Assembly (NCBI GenBank): GCA_021792955.1
Contig: JAJYTP010000001.1
Location: 3,044-67,043 of the forward strand
Length of the DNA stretch: 64,000 nt
Source of the DNA: an archaeon
GTDB lineage: Archaea; Thermoproteota; Nitrososphaeria; Conexivisphaerales; UBA164
Direction: 5' to 3'
Shown here one piece after another: positions 7,654 to 17,240 of this stretch. Position 1 is the stretch's first letter; each line of letters begins with the position of its first letter. The notes under the pieces are model-generated. The model had not been told where the DNA came from, searched no databases, and saw only the letters and a list, made by a program, of their open reading frames with translations. The position numbers and the translations under genes are program-made.

Positions 7654-9327
7654 ATGTCTGCAGTACAAACTCCATATGGACCGGTTTTACTTTTGAAGGA
7701 AGGAACTAGTGAAACGAAGGGGCACGATGCCATTCGAAACAACATACAGGCGGCGAAGATAATAACCGATATAATAAAATCATCGCTAGGGCCTCGCGGT
7801 ATGGACAAGATGCTCGTGGATTCGATGGGTGACGTGACAATAACTAATGATGGAGCTACTATGTTAAAGCAGCTCGACGTTCAGCACCCGGCTGGTAAGA
7901 TACTAGTTGAGATAGCCAAAGCCACTGATAACGAAGTTGGCGATGGGACCACCAGTGCAGTAGTTTTAGCGGGGGCCTTGCTAGAGCAGGCCGAAAAGCT
8001 TCTGGACAAGGGCATTCATCCTTCACAAATAGTTGATGGCTACAATTATGCTTCCACGCTGGCCCTGGAACAACTGAGCAAGTTGCAGATCAAGATCCAG
8101 CCCACGGACAGGGAATGGTTGCTTAAGCTGGCTAAAACCAGCATGCGGTCCAAGCTTATCAGCGAAGATAGCGAAGAGCTGGCGGCCGTAGTCGTGGATG
8201 CAGTAATGCAGGTAGCTACCAAGTCTGGTACAGCCTATAAGGTGGATATAGATAACGTTGGCACCATCAAGAAACAGGGAGCTTCAATAGCGGAGACAAC
8301 CCTGATAAAGGGGCTTATAATCGATAAGGAAGTTGTTCACGGTGGTATGCCGAAGTCCATAAAGGAAGCAAAGATAGCGCTTTTGAATTCTCCGCTTGAA
8401 ATCGAGAAAACCGAGATCAGCGCAGAAATAAGGATATCCGACCCCACCAAGATGAAGGCATTCCTCGACGAGGAGTCCCACATGTTAAAGGAGATGGTGG
8501 ACAAATTGTCCAAGGTTGGTGCTAACGTAATCATGTGCCAGAAGGGGATAGATGATCTGGCCCAACACTATTTGGCTAAGGCCGGGATGTTGGCAGTAAG
8601 GAGGGTAAAGGAAAGCGATTTGACTCGATTGGCAAAGGCTACTGGCGGTAGGATTATCACTAATTTGGATGACCTTTCACCGGCCGATCTGGGGTATGCC
8701 GGTATCGTTGAAGAGAGAAAAATCGAAGATGACAAATGGGTGTTCGTAGAAAAGTGCAAAGAGCCTAAGGCCGTATCGATACTGATAAGGGGAGGCAGCC
8801 AGAGGGTGGTCGATGAAGCTGAAAGATCGCTCCACGATGCGATAATGGTTGTAAAGGACGCTATTGAAAAGCCATCTGTAGTGGCTGGAGGCGGTGCACC
8901 CGAACAGGAACTGTCAATAAGGATCAAGGAGGAGTCAAAGAAAAGGGCAGGGCGTGAGCAGCTAGCGGCATCCGCATTCGCCGATGCTATGGAGTCTATT
9001 CCGCTGATGTTAGCTCAGAACGCTGGGATGGATCCCCTTGACACTCAGGTGGAATTGAGAGCGCAGCATGCAAAGGGAAGCATATGGGCAGGCGTAGATG
9101 TATATAACAATCGAATATTCGATATGGAAAAACTAGATGTATTTGAACCATTATCGGTGAAGGAACAGATCATCAAGGCAGCCACTGAGGCCGCAATAAT
9201 GATACTGCGCATCGATGACGTTATAGCATCCAAGGGTATGAAGATGCCACCTCCGGGAGCCGGTGGGGCACCCGGTGGATATGGAGGAATGCCCGGCGGC
9301 ATGGGCGGCATGCCAGGCATGGAATAA
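7654..9327 (+). CDS. ths: Thermosome subunit (group II chaperonin)
   Basis: It carries ITNDGATMLKQLDVQHPAGK, the ATP-binding motif VGDGTTS, and VVAGGGAPE. The C-terminal tail is rich in GGM. Confidence 0.97.
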   Translation: MSAVQTPYGPVLLLKEGTSETKGHDAIRNNIQAAKIITDIIKSSLGPRGMDKMLVDSMGDVTITNDGATMLKQLDVQHPAGKILVEIAKATDNEVGDGTTSAVVLAGALLEQAEKLLDKGIHPSQIVDGYNYASTLALEQLSKLQIKIQPTDREWLLKLAKTSMRSKLISEDSEELAAVVVDAVMQVATKSGTAYKVDIDNVGTIKKQGASIAETTLIKGLIIDKEVVHGGMPKSIKEAKIALLNSPLEIEKTEISAEIRISDPTKMKAFLDEESHMLKEMVDKLSKVGANVIMCQKGIDDLAQHYLAKAGMLAVRRVKESDLTRLAKATGGRIITNLDDLSPADLGYAGIVEERKIEDDKWVFVEKCKEPKAVSILIRGGSQRVVDEAERSLHDAIMVVKDAIEKPSVVAGGGAPEQELSIRIKEESKKRAGREQLAASAFADAMESIPLMLAQNAGMDPLDTQVELRAQHAKGSIWAGVDVYNNRIFDMEKLDVFEPLSVKEQIIKAATEAAIMILRIDDVIASKGMKMPPPGAGGAPGGYGGMPGGMGGMPGME

Positions 9328-9754
9328 ACCGATAGCTTTCCACCACCTTATTTTTATTTTCCAAAATATATTTATTATATTGGAGAGCTAATTTGATAAT
9401 TTCTGATTCCATTTTATCATTTTAATTATCATTTGATCTATTTATGATGCTCAGTTCCTTAGAGGATGGGTATATGCCCAACTCGGCTGGACCTTTAAAA
9501 GGTAGCTGCCCGGACGTATCATGAACTACCACCAGCCATCTATATAGATGGCAGCAATCTGATAAAACTTCACCGGTCGAGCCTATTTGAGAATAAAGAT
9601 GTTACCATAGCCATCAGTTGATTATCATATCACTGCCATTTGGCAGCCCAGGTATGTAAGCGTAAGGTTCTGAGCTGAAACATGGAGAGCCATCCACCAT
9701 GGCAGAACATCATATAGAAAGATTTAATAATGGATTTCAAGCACGCGTATAGAA

Positions 9755-12031
9755 ATGAAAGGAGGAGCTGTCGGCAGCGGTAACGGCCCTAAAAAAAATG
9801 CTCAGTTTAGAATGGGCTTTGGAACTGCCGTCGCTATTATAGGAGTCGCCATTATGATAGCTCTCACCATAATTATCAGGCTAATACCTGGCCGTTTCGG
9901 TTTTTATCTTAACGAATTTGACCCATATTCCCATTATTATGCGACGAACATCATAGTACAGGATGTACTGACGCACGGTTGGGGTGCATTTTTTAATTAC
10001 TTTCATACCATAAGCTACAACTTCTGGTATCCGTACGGAAGGAATTGGGCCCTTACTGAATATTCTGGCTTGGACTATCTGACAGCTGTACTGTACATTT
10101 TATTAAACTATGCGCACTTATCCCTATCAGTATATCAGTTTGTAGCCATATTCCCTGTAATCATAGGCGCTCTGTTTGTAATCCCGATCTACTTTATTAT
10201 CAAGGAGCTGACGGGCAATAAATATATAGGCATCCTAGGAGGCTTCCTGATAGCTACCCTGCCCGGGTTGGTACTGAGGACCGATTTTGGATGGTACACC
10301 GGTGATGGGTTTGCTCTGCTCTTCACGACAACCGCAATCATGTTCATAATTTTTGCATTTAACAGGCACAGCACCCGTTCCTACATCTACGCCATCCTGG
10401 CCGGTCTATTTGCTGGCTATGCAGAGACGATGTGGGGTGGCGCGATAAACCCGATTGGCGTTATAGCATTGGCTATGCTTGTTTCACCGTTTTTAGTGAG
10501 CCCCAGCAGGGAACTGCTTACAAAGCAAATAGGATATACGATACCTACGCTACTGGCAGCTATATTCCCGGTCCCTGGGATAACATGGTTACACAACCCA
10601 GTAGAGCTTATCATGTATCTTTCAATAGTGGTTTCAGCTATCCTCTACATAAACGTCAGGTATTTCAATATAAAGGCCGGGAGCTTCACAAAGTACAGGA
10701 TTGAGTATAGGATAGCCATGGCGGTTGGTATAATACTGGTCCTGGCTGGGATCGCATACATAATTCCCCATTACGTAAACGGCAGGTACCTTCAGGCACT
10801 GGAGTTCTGGCTCAGGCTAAGCCCCTCAGCAGTATCGACGGTTGCCGAGCAGACGAGCGTTTCTGGCGTCCAGCTGCTCTATACCTATGGGATAGCGGCA
10901 TTACTTGCAATAGTTGGGGGATATTACACGCTAAAGGCAAAGCGCGTTGGGTCGGTCCTGCTCACCATCTTTCTGCTGTGGTCGGTGTATACTGCGAGCT
11001 CCTTCGCAGAGCTTGAGACATATCTATCTGTAGCATTCGCTATAATGGCGCCGATCGGGTTATACTATGTTGTAACTAACATAAAAATGCCGGACTGGGC
11101 ATGGAAGTCAAAGGAAAGGAAGACTAACGTGCGTGGGTTCAAGAGGCATGAACGCATAATTACATATCAAAAGGTGGCGCTGATAGTGGTGGTGATAGCG
11201 TTGATAGCCTTCCCAGCTTATGCAATGTGGATTCCTCAGAACGATGCTCCTACGACCGTCGTGACGTCATCCACCATACTTAACGGCAATGTACCGTCAT
11301 GGATAGATGCGCTCCAATGGATGGCTAATTCCTCCAATACCCCCCCTAATTCTGTGATGGTATCTTGGTGGGATTATGGTTACTGGATATCAGTGCTGGG
11401 TAACAGAACTACCGTAAATGATGGCGCCACAACAAATACCACGCAGATGGCCGTCGTGGCTTCCCTATTTCTCTCCAATGTTACTACAGCGGCTAAAATA
11501 ATGGAAGCGCTCGGAGGGAACTACGTAGTAGTATTTGCGACAGGGATAGATCCTTATTATTATTACCGAGACCAATACTTATACGGTTATCAGTTAAGCG
11601 GAAGCCTGCTGGGGGTTGGGGGCGATGAAAGCAAGGTGCCGGCTATGATCACTATAGCGGAGTCTCAGGAGCCCTTGAAGATAGGTAACATGGTCATCGA
11701 TAATATCAATCAATCTTTGTACATCAGCAACACGACGGGCACGCTGACCCCTTACTTCTATAATGATACCCTCCTAGGTCAACTCCTTCCATTACAATGG
11801 GTAGGCTGGGGATCCATAGATACAAGCAACGGACAGCTTATAGGCATTTCACCAACTTATCAGCCAGGTTCGCCTTATTTCCAGCTGCCGCTAACCCAGT
11901 ACGGGATAACCTATAATACAAACAGCACTGGCCCGTTTACCTTGGCATACTCCTCCCCCATGTCTGAGGCGTCGGATGGAATCTGGGCTCAGGTGTTAAT
12001 ATATCATTTCAATTCCTCTGCGGTTGCTTAA
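9755..12031 (+). CDS. aglB: Archaeal oligosaccharyltransferase AglB (STT3 family)
   Basis: The N-terminal half is multi-TM. The WWDYGYW motif (VSWWDYGYWISV) is present. The length is about 760 aa. Confidence 0.92.
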   Translation: MKGGAVGSGNGPKKNAQFRMGFGTAVAIIGVAIMIALTIIIRLIPGRFGFYLNEFDPYSHYYATNIIVQDVLTHGWGAFFNYFHTISYNFWYPYGRNWALTEYSGLDYLTAVLYILLNYAHLSLSVYQFVAIFPVIIGALFVIPIYFIIKELTGNKYIGILGGFLIATLPGLVLRTDFGWYTGDGFALLFTTTAIMFIIFAFNRHSTRSYIYAILAGLFAGYAETMWGGAINPIGVIALAMLVSPFLVSPSRELLTKQIGYTIPTLLAAIFPVPGITWLHNPVELIMYLSIVVSAILYINVRYFNIKAGSFTKYRIEYRIAMAVGIILVLAGIAYIIPHYVNGRYLQALEFWLRLSPSAVSTVAEQTSVSGVQLLYTYGIAALLAIVGGYYTLKAKRVGSVLLTIFLLWSVYTASSFAELETYLSVAFAIMAPIGLYYVVTNIKMPDWAWKSKERKTNVRGFKRHERIITYQKVALIVVVIALIAFPAYAMWIPQNDAPTTVVTSSTILNGNVPSWIDALQWMANSSNTPPNSVMVSWWDYGYWISVLGNRTTVNDGATTNTTQMAVVASLFLSNVTTAAKIMEALGGNYVVVFATGIDPYYYYRDQYLYGYQLSGSLLGVGGDESKVPAMITIAESQEPLKIGNMVIDNINQSLYISNTTGTLTPYFYNDTLLGQLLPLQWVGWGSIDTSNGQLIGISPTYQPGSPYFQLPLTQYGITYNTNSTGPFTLAYSSPMSEASDGIWAQVLIYHFNSSAVA

Positions 12032-12292
12032 TTCGTATATCATTCCCATCTACATTATCATATCGTGCCAAGGGAAATAAAGGCCGGGATGGTGGTCCTG
12101 TAACGCGCCATAAAAGAGGTCGGGATGGAAATATCGGAAATCACAGCCGTGGAGACGCCCACGGTGATGCATCAGAAGGCGTGAGCCCTATGAAGTTAAA
12201 TCAAGTTCCACGCTGGCTGACGAACCAAAATGGGATAGCCCTCATGAAGGCCAATACACATTAGCGTTGAGATGATGCCGTGATAGGCCTAA

Positions 12293-12367
12293 CGGGCCCG
12301 GTGGGATTTGAACCCACGACCGCCGGCTCCGAAGGCCAGCGCCCTATCCATCCTAGGCCACGGGCCC
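12293..12367 (-). tRNA. tRNA-Arg (anticodon TCG)
   Basis: The cloverleaf was folded by hand. The acceptor stem is gggcccg/cgggccc, the anticodon arm is ctggc-CTTCGGA-gccgg, and the T arm is gtggg-ttcaaat-cccac. Confidence 0.85.
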
Positions 12368-12415
12368 ATTTTACTGGATTTATAATATCTATCTATCGAG
12401 TTACCATCCAGCTAT

Positions 12416-13402
12416 TTAACTTGACGTTCCGATTTTGTTTATGGCCTTGAATGGAGGCTTCAAAACCCCCTTTTCAGTTATAAACGCCGTAATCAAATCC
12501 GGGGGGGTTATATCGAAGGCTGGGTTAAATGTCTTGATCCCTCGCGGGGCCACCCTTTTTCCCCTTATATATTCAAGTTCAACCGATCCCCTTTCTTCAA
12601 TCTTGGTGGTAGCTTCACTCCCCTCAAGATCTAGGGTTGACAGCGGCAAGGCCACATAAAATGGAATGCCGAACCGCTTTGCTAGGGTGGCTACCTGAAA
12701 GGTGCCTATCTTGTTTATGGTGTGGCCATCGTTAAATACGCGGTCAGCTCCTACGATGACCTTCTTGATCATCCCCCTTGACATAGTGTATCCCACCGCC
12801 GTGTCAGCTATCAGCGTCACATCAAATCCATCCTTTAGGAGTTCATAGGCGGTCAGGCGGGAACCCTGCATTACTGGCCTGGTTTCAGTTGCAAAAACCC
12901 TGAACTTCTTGCCTTTATCCTTTGCTATCCTCAGTGGGGCTAAGGCCGTCCCGTAATCCACGGTAGCCAGGGCCCCTGCATTGCAGTGAGTTAGCACGGC
13001 GTCACCTTCGGATATGAGCGGTTCACCGTTAACGCCTATAAGCCTGGCGTTATTCAACTCTTCATCGAAAATATTTTTCGCTTCCTGTAATGCAGCTCCT
13101 CTCGAGCCGCCAAGGGATGCCCGAAGGACCCTGTCTATGGCCCATGCCAGGTTAATGGCCGTAGGCCTAGCGCCCTTGAGCTTTTCCGCGGTCAAACGGT
13201 CGTCTTGGCTATTCCCGGTTATGTTCTGTGCTAACCCATACGCGCCCACTACGCCTATCAGGGGGGCCCCCCTAACCTTCAGCTCCCGTATAGCTGAAAA
13301 GGCATCATCTACTGACCTGACCTTTATCCACACTTCACGGGTAGGTAAAAGCCTCTGATCGAGGACCGCTATGCTGTCCCCTTCAATTCTGATTGGCCTC
13401 AT
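12416..13402 (-). CDS. eIF-2B alpha/delta-like isomerase (methylthioribose-1-phosphate or ribose-1,5-bisphosphate isomerase family)
   Basis: It carries LDQRLLP...VRGAPLIGV, TATALAPL-like segments, and the C-terminal NPAFDITPPDLI motif of the family. Confidence 0.8.
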   Translation of the reverse strand: MRPIRIEGDSIAVLDQRLLPTREVWIKVRSVDDAFSAIRELKVRGAPLIGVVGAYGLAQNITGNSQDDRLTAEKLKGARPTAINLAWAIDRVLRASLGGSRGAALQEAKNIFDEELNNARLIGVNGEPLISEGDAVLTHCNAGALATVDYGTALAPLRIAKDKGKKFRVFATETRPVMQGSRLTAYELLKDGFDVTLIADTAVGYTMSRGMIKKVIVGADRVFNDGHTINKIGTFQVATLAKRFGIPFYVALPLSTLDLEGSEATTKIEERGSVELEYIRGKRVAPRGIKTFNPAFDITPPDLITAFITEKGVLKPPFKAINKIGTSS

Positions 13403-13497
13403 ACTGCCTTTAATACCGGATACGGTGGTAAATATGCCTTTTTGTACAAGTCAAACATAGATATACAGATAAATGGCGGCCCAGTTATCTTAGACCG

Positions 13498-14469
13498 ATG
13501 TCGGTCAACCAAAGGGAATTCCTACAGAGCGCGTTCAGATGGTATTATTTTAATAGGCAGGCCGAAATCAAAATCCCTACTAGGTTCAGGGAACGAGAAT
13601 TTGGATTCAGGGACTTCGATGGTAACATGAAAAGGCATATTTCGATAGCCGAAGAAAGGGAGTTGACCGCCCTGATAATACAAACCATACCTCGCTCAAT
13701 TTATTCTTCATCTTCATATTACAGGTTTCCCGCGGCCCCTATGGATCAAAAGGGCTGGATCGAAGGGGACCTTATATTCGATCTTGATCTAAAGGAAGTT
13801 AACGCCCGCTGTAAAGCCAAACATGATTTTTGGATATGCGACGATTGTAAACTGGTTGGCAGGCTGCCGCCCCCTCTAACATGTTCAAGGTGCGGTTCAA
13901 AGCGCATATCCAAGGTCGAATGGATCTGCGATGAGTGCCTTGGTAAGATCAAGGGGCAGACCGTTTCTCTGATCCAGATGCTTCATGACGATTTTGGTAT
14001 CAGGCACGATGAGCTTTCGGCATATTTTTCCGGGAACCACGGTTATCACATTTCTGTTAGTTCGGCCCTATACAGCGGCCTATCGTCCAGGGAACGTACA
14101 GAAATAGTTGATTACATAAGGTTAAACGGGTTTACGGGCGTTGGGCAGAGAGCTCCATCTTCGGCCCTAGCCATAAAGGTTGATCCATCTGTCTCCATGG
14201 ATGTGCACAGAATATTCAGGCTCCCCGGATCGCTGCACGATAAGAGCGGCCTGTCAAAGAAGGAGTGTGATGAACAGCTATCTGATGATCCGTTTGATTC
14301 GGCGGTGGCCTTGCGTGAAGATCCGGTTAAGATCAGGATAACATACGCGCCTCAGATTAAACTAAAGGGTCAGGTTTTCGGGCCGTACAAGGATGAATCA
14401 AAAACTATCCCCACATATGCTGCGGTATACCTGATGCTAAAGGGGCTTGCTGTTGTTGAAGCTACATAA
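13498..14469 (+). CDS. priS: DNA primase small (catalytic) subunit PriS
   Basis: The catalytic motif is DLIFDLDLK. The zinc knuckle is CDDCK...CSRCGS...CDEC. FSGNHGYHI and RIFRLPGSLH are also present. Confidence 0.9.
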   Translation: MSVNQREFLQSAFRWYYFNRQAEIKIPTRFREREFGFRDFDGNMKRHISIAEERELTALIIQTIPRSIYSSSSYYRFPAAPMDQKGWIEGDLIFDLDLKEVNARCKAKHDFWICDDCKLVGRLPPPLTCSRCGSKRISKVEWICDECLGKIKGQTVSLIQMLHDDFGIRHDELSAYFSGNHGYHISVSSALYSGLSSRERTEIVDYIRLNGFTGVGQRAPSSALAIKVDPSVSMDVHRIFRLPGSLHDKSGLSKKECDEQLSDDPFDSAVALREDPVKIRITYAPQIKLKGQVFGPYKDESKTIPTYAAVYLMLKGLAVVEAT

Positions 14470-14506
14470 GGTAAGTTTTTAAGAACAACATCCCATTATA
14501 ACTGGC

Positions 14507-15067
14507 ATGAATGATATAATAGATGTGATGATAAACATACTCAACCGCGAGCTAGCCGATGGCGGTTTAGGTGAAATCCCTCCCGACTTTTATGAAGCAT
14601 TATCCATTAAGGTAAAGGAGCTTGTACTGCTGGAGACTACCAGCCCTTCAAGCGAAGGGGCGGAGTCCGTAACGGTATATCGCGACCTGGTCAACGGGCT
14701 GATGGAGGACCTGGTGGATATAAGGGTGAGGAAGGCGTTAAACCAAGCGATTTCAGGAAAGGATATTGTCAACCTGACAGAGGAGGAGAAGAGGGTAATT
14801 GAGCCAGTATACGAGCTGATCAGGCGGTCCCGCCTGTTAAAGGATGACATCAGACACGGGCTTACCGAGAGCCTGAGGGTGGCGCACTCCAAGCAGGAGC
14901 CTCATTATAGGCTAGTAAGGTTCATCGAGGCAACCGACAAGTTCATAGGGGCAGACCTTAAAGTTTATGGCCCATTTGATAGGTCTGATGTGGCCGACGT
15001 GCCTAGGGATAACGCAAAAGTATTAATAGACAAAAATATAGCGATAGACGTCAGTGTATTGGAATGA
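14507..15067 (+). CDS. Probable GINS subunit (Gins51/Gins15-like)
   Basis: The size is about 186 aa with a helical N-domain. Its position immediately after priS matches the conserved archaeal priS-gins arrangement. No diagnostic motif was seen. Confidence 0.45.
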   Translation: MNDIIDVMINILNRELADGGLGEIPPDFYEALSIKVKELVLLETTSPSSEGAESVTVYRDLVNGLMEDLVDIRVRKALNQAISGKDIVNLTEEEKRVIEPVYELIRRSRLLKDDIRHGLTESLRVAHSKQEPHYRLVRFIEATDKFIGADLKVYGPFDRSDVADVPRDNAKVLIDKNIAIDVSVLE

Positions 15068-15345
15068 AATTACCAAAGGTTATAGTTACATATTGCCCAA
15101 GGTGCAAAGCCCACACGGAGCACACCCCCTCGATCTATAAGAAGGGGAAGGACAGAAAGACTTCCATGGGTGCAAGGTATCATGAAGAAATTAAACACGG
15201 TTACGGCGGCCAGAAGTATCCTGAACTGGTCAGGACATCGAAGACCACTAAAAAGCAGGCCATTAAATTGAAGTGTAAGAAATGTGGCTACACAGTCGTT
15301 AGGCCAGGCATAAGGATGCGCAAGATAGAGATAGTTGAAAAGTGA
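15064..15345 (+). CDS. rpl44e: 50S ribosomal protein L44e (eL42)
   Basis: YCPRCKAHTEH...KGKDR...GYGGQ...KCKKCGY is the zinc-ribbon L44e pattern. Confidence 0.92.
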   Translation: MKLPKVIVTYCPRCKAHTEHTPSIYKKGKDRKTSMGARYHEEIKHGYGGQKYPELVRTSKTTKKQAIKLKCKKCGYTVVRPGIRMRKIEIVEK

Positions 15346-15349
15346 TAAT

Positions 15350-15547
15350 ATGAAAAAATCAAAGTCCCTTATCGTCAGCCCGAAAAGCTCGTACCTATTG
15401 ATAAGATGTAAAAAGTGCGCAACAGAAAGGATAGTATTTTCCAATTCAACTACAGCCATAAAGTGTGATGGGTGTGGTGAAGAACTGGTGGTCCCTAGCG
15501 GCGGCATGGCATCGATTAATGCAGATATAGTCAAGAGGCTTGATTAG
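15350..15547 (+). CDS. rps27e: 30S ribosomal protein S27e (eS27)
   Basis: LIRCKKCATERIVFSNSTTAIKCDGCGEELVVPSGG is the C4 zinc-ribbon S27e pattern. The ATG at 15350 follows the L44e stop. Confidence 0.9.
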   Translation: MKKSKSLIVSPKSSYLLIRCKKCATERIVFSNSTTAIKCDGCGEELVVPSGGMASINADIVKRLD

Positions 15548-15550
15548 GCC

Positions 15551-16318
15551 ATGGAGCCCCCCAGTTTTCCCGATGTCGGGGAAATAGTGGTGGTCACAGT
15601 AAGGAAGATAACGCAATTTGGCGCCTATCTTTCCCTAGATGAATATAATAACATGGAGGGGTTCTTACACATAAGCGAAATATCCACGGGGCTGATTAAG
15701 AACATAGACAGGTACATAAAGGAGAACCAGAAGCTACCTCTAAAGGTTATACGGGTTAACAGGGCAAAGGGGGAAATAGATCTGTCGCTGAAACAGATGA
15801 CCAACGAAGAAAGAAAGGCCAAGCTGATGGAACTGAAAAAGGCGAAGAAGGCGGAAAGCATATTTTCCATGGTGAAAGCCAAGCTAGGGCTCAGCTCTGA
15901 TGCCCAGCAGCTCAGGGTCATAGAGGACAACTTCGAAGGTCTATACGTGGCGCTGATGAAGCTAATAAAGGATGGACCGACTGCATGGACTTCGATCGGT
16001 GTGGACCAGCCGTACGCGGAAGCCGCATATGAAATAGCTATGGAACGGATAAAACCTTCCCTGGTGGAAGTCGATACAATTATGGAAGTCTCAAGTTCGA
16101 AACCAAACGGGATGGAAGTGGTTAAGAAGGCATTGCTGAATACACAGGGGCAGATTGGGAAGAATAACCTCCTTATCAAATATTTAGGAGCGCCGAAGTA
16201 CAAAGTTGTTGCATTTGGGGACAACTATAAGGAAGCTGAGAAAAGGTTGAACAGGACCTTGGCCATCATGGAAAAGGAGATCAAGGGTAATGGACAGGTC
16301 AAATTTATTACGAAATGA
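15551..16318 (+). CDS. eif2a: Translation initiation factor aIF-2 alpha subunit
   Basis: The N-terminal S1 domain reads PDVGEIVVVTVRKITQFGAYLSLDEYNNMEGFLHISE. The conserved operon position also supports the call. Confidence 0.92.
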   Translation: MEPPSFPDVGEIVVVTVRKITQFGAYLSLDEYNNMEGFLHISEISTGLIKNIDRYIKENQKLPLKVIRVNRAKGEIDLSLKQMTNEERKAKLMELKKAKKAESIFSMVKAKLGLSSDAQQLRVIEDNFEGLYVALMKLIKDGPTAWTSIGVDQPYAEAAYEIAMERIKPSLVEVDTIMEVSSSKPNGMEVVKKALLNTQGQIGKNNLLIKYLGAPKYKVVAFGDNYKEAEKRLNRTLAIMEKEIKGNGQVKFITK

Positions 16319-16352
16319 GTGACTAGAGGGTAGTTGCGCGGTGGTTTTATTT

Positions 16353-16499
16353 ATGATAAAATATCTTAAGGTGTGCCCATCCTGCCGAACATACACCATG
16401 AAAGATATCTGCCCCAAGTGTGGCTCCAGGACCGTCTCAGCCCATCCGCCGCCATTCTCCCCAGACGATAAATACTATCTGCTGCGTAAGAGGGATTGA
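16353..16499 (+). CDS. nop10: H/ACA RNP protein Nop10 (48 aa, not in the ORF track)
   Basis: Hand translation gives MIKYLKVCPSCRTYTMKDICPKCGSRTVSAHPPPFSPDDKYYLLRKRD*. The canonical Nop10 zinc ribbon and the PxxFSPxDKY motif are both present. Confidence 0.88.
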   Translation: MIKYLKVCPSCRTYTMKDICPKCGSRTVSAHPPPFSPDDKYYLLRKRD

Positions 16500-17183
16500 C
16501 TAAGAACTGGAAAGTCGCTTGGAAGCGTTGATCAACCTTGTTATCGCATCGAACGCCCTTCCGGCGTCTTCATCCTTTACTATGAGAACCGTGTCCGTAT
16601 AGCAGCTCGTAGTATCTTCTACGTTTATCTTGGCGTTGGAGACGGATGAATAAATGGATTCGAGACAGCCGGGGGTCCTTATTATAGCAGCGGGGCTGTG
16701 GACCGTTATCGCGGTCAGTTCCCCCTTTTTGTCGACTATGTTGGCCGTTCTGAGGGCGGCCTTGATACGCTCATATATCGATACATCAAAAATTATGGTT
16801 GTGTTGTTCAGCGTCTTTGACAGGATCACCAGGTCCTCGTCATACCTCTTAAGGCTCTCCAGCAACGACCCCATGTCCTCCACCCCCTTTCCAAGCACCA
16901 CCTTTGCTACGCTGGTCCTCAGCATGACAGAGCTCTTCGATAGTACTTGATAAACCGGCTCCCTCTCGGCGGAGGCCCTGATTTTATACCGTTTTAGGGC
17001 TGAAACTATGGCCTCAACGGAGGCTTCAGGCCTAGTCCCTGATAGTCGTTCCCTTATAAGGCGAGCCACTCCGCTGAGGTTCGCATATCCGCCTATTATG
17101 GACGCTTCTATGGCGTCATCAGATGATACCACCTCCCCGACCAATTTATTGATAGATTGGTCATTTTTGGTCATTTTAATCAT
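16500..17183 (-). CDS. ACT-domain protein, a predicted amino-acid-metabolism regulator (COG2150-like)
   Basis: The C-terminal ACT-like segment reads TPGCLESIYSSVSNAKINVEDTTSCYTDTVLIVKDEDAGRAFDAITRL. It is divergent from argG. Confidence 0.4.
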   Translation of the reverse strand: MIKMTKNDQSINKLVGEVVSSDDAIEASIIGGYANLSGVARLIRERLSGTRPEASVEAIVSALKRYKIRASAEREPVYQVLSKSSVMLRTSVAKVVLGKGVEDMGSLLESLKRYDEDLVILSKTLNNTTIIFDVSIYERIKAALRTANIVDKKGELTAITVHSPAAIIRTPGCLESIYSSVSNAKINVEDTTSCYTDTVLIVKDEDAGRAFDAITRLINASKRLSSS

Positions 17184-17240
17184 ATTTGGACAGATTTAGG
17201 CCAAAAACTATTTAAACATTTCTTAAGGAGCGAAACTGAA

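Noticed and set aside
12032-12292. Possible C/D-box sRNA or small ORF between aglB and tRNA-Arg (AGATGATGC, plus a ccgtgg-agacgc-ccacgg hairpin)
   Set aside because: There is no properly placed D box (CTGA) or terminal stem, and the only ORF is 19 codons. This is not enough to call a feature.
15625-16224. Long antisense ORFs inside well-supported genes, for example 15625-16224, 15070-15534, 8568-8927, 17414-17959, 34686-35057, 45097-45654 and 59519-60205
   Set aside because: These are shadow ORFs opposite strongly motif-supported coding regions. Their composition is Ser/Leu/Arg/Pro-biased and they carry no recognisable motifs.
17157-17240. Upstream extension of argG, with similar extensions of lysZ at 21933-21989 and tfx at 36523-36570
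   Set aside because: The conserved N-terminal motifs begin at internal Mets (MVKKIVLAYSGG, MMTVIKIGGS). SD-like sequences precede them, and the extensions overlap neighbouring genes or promoters.
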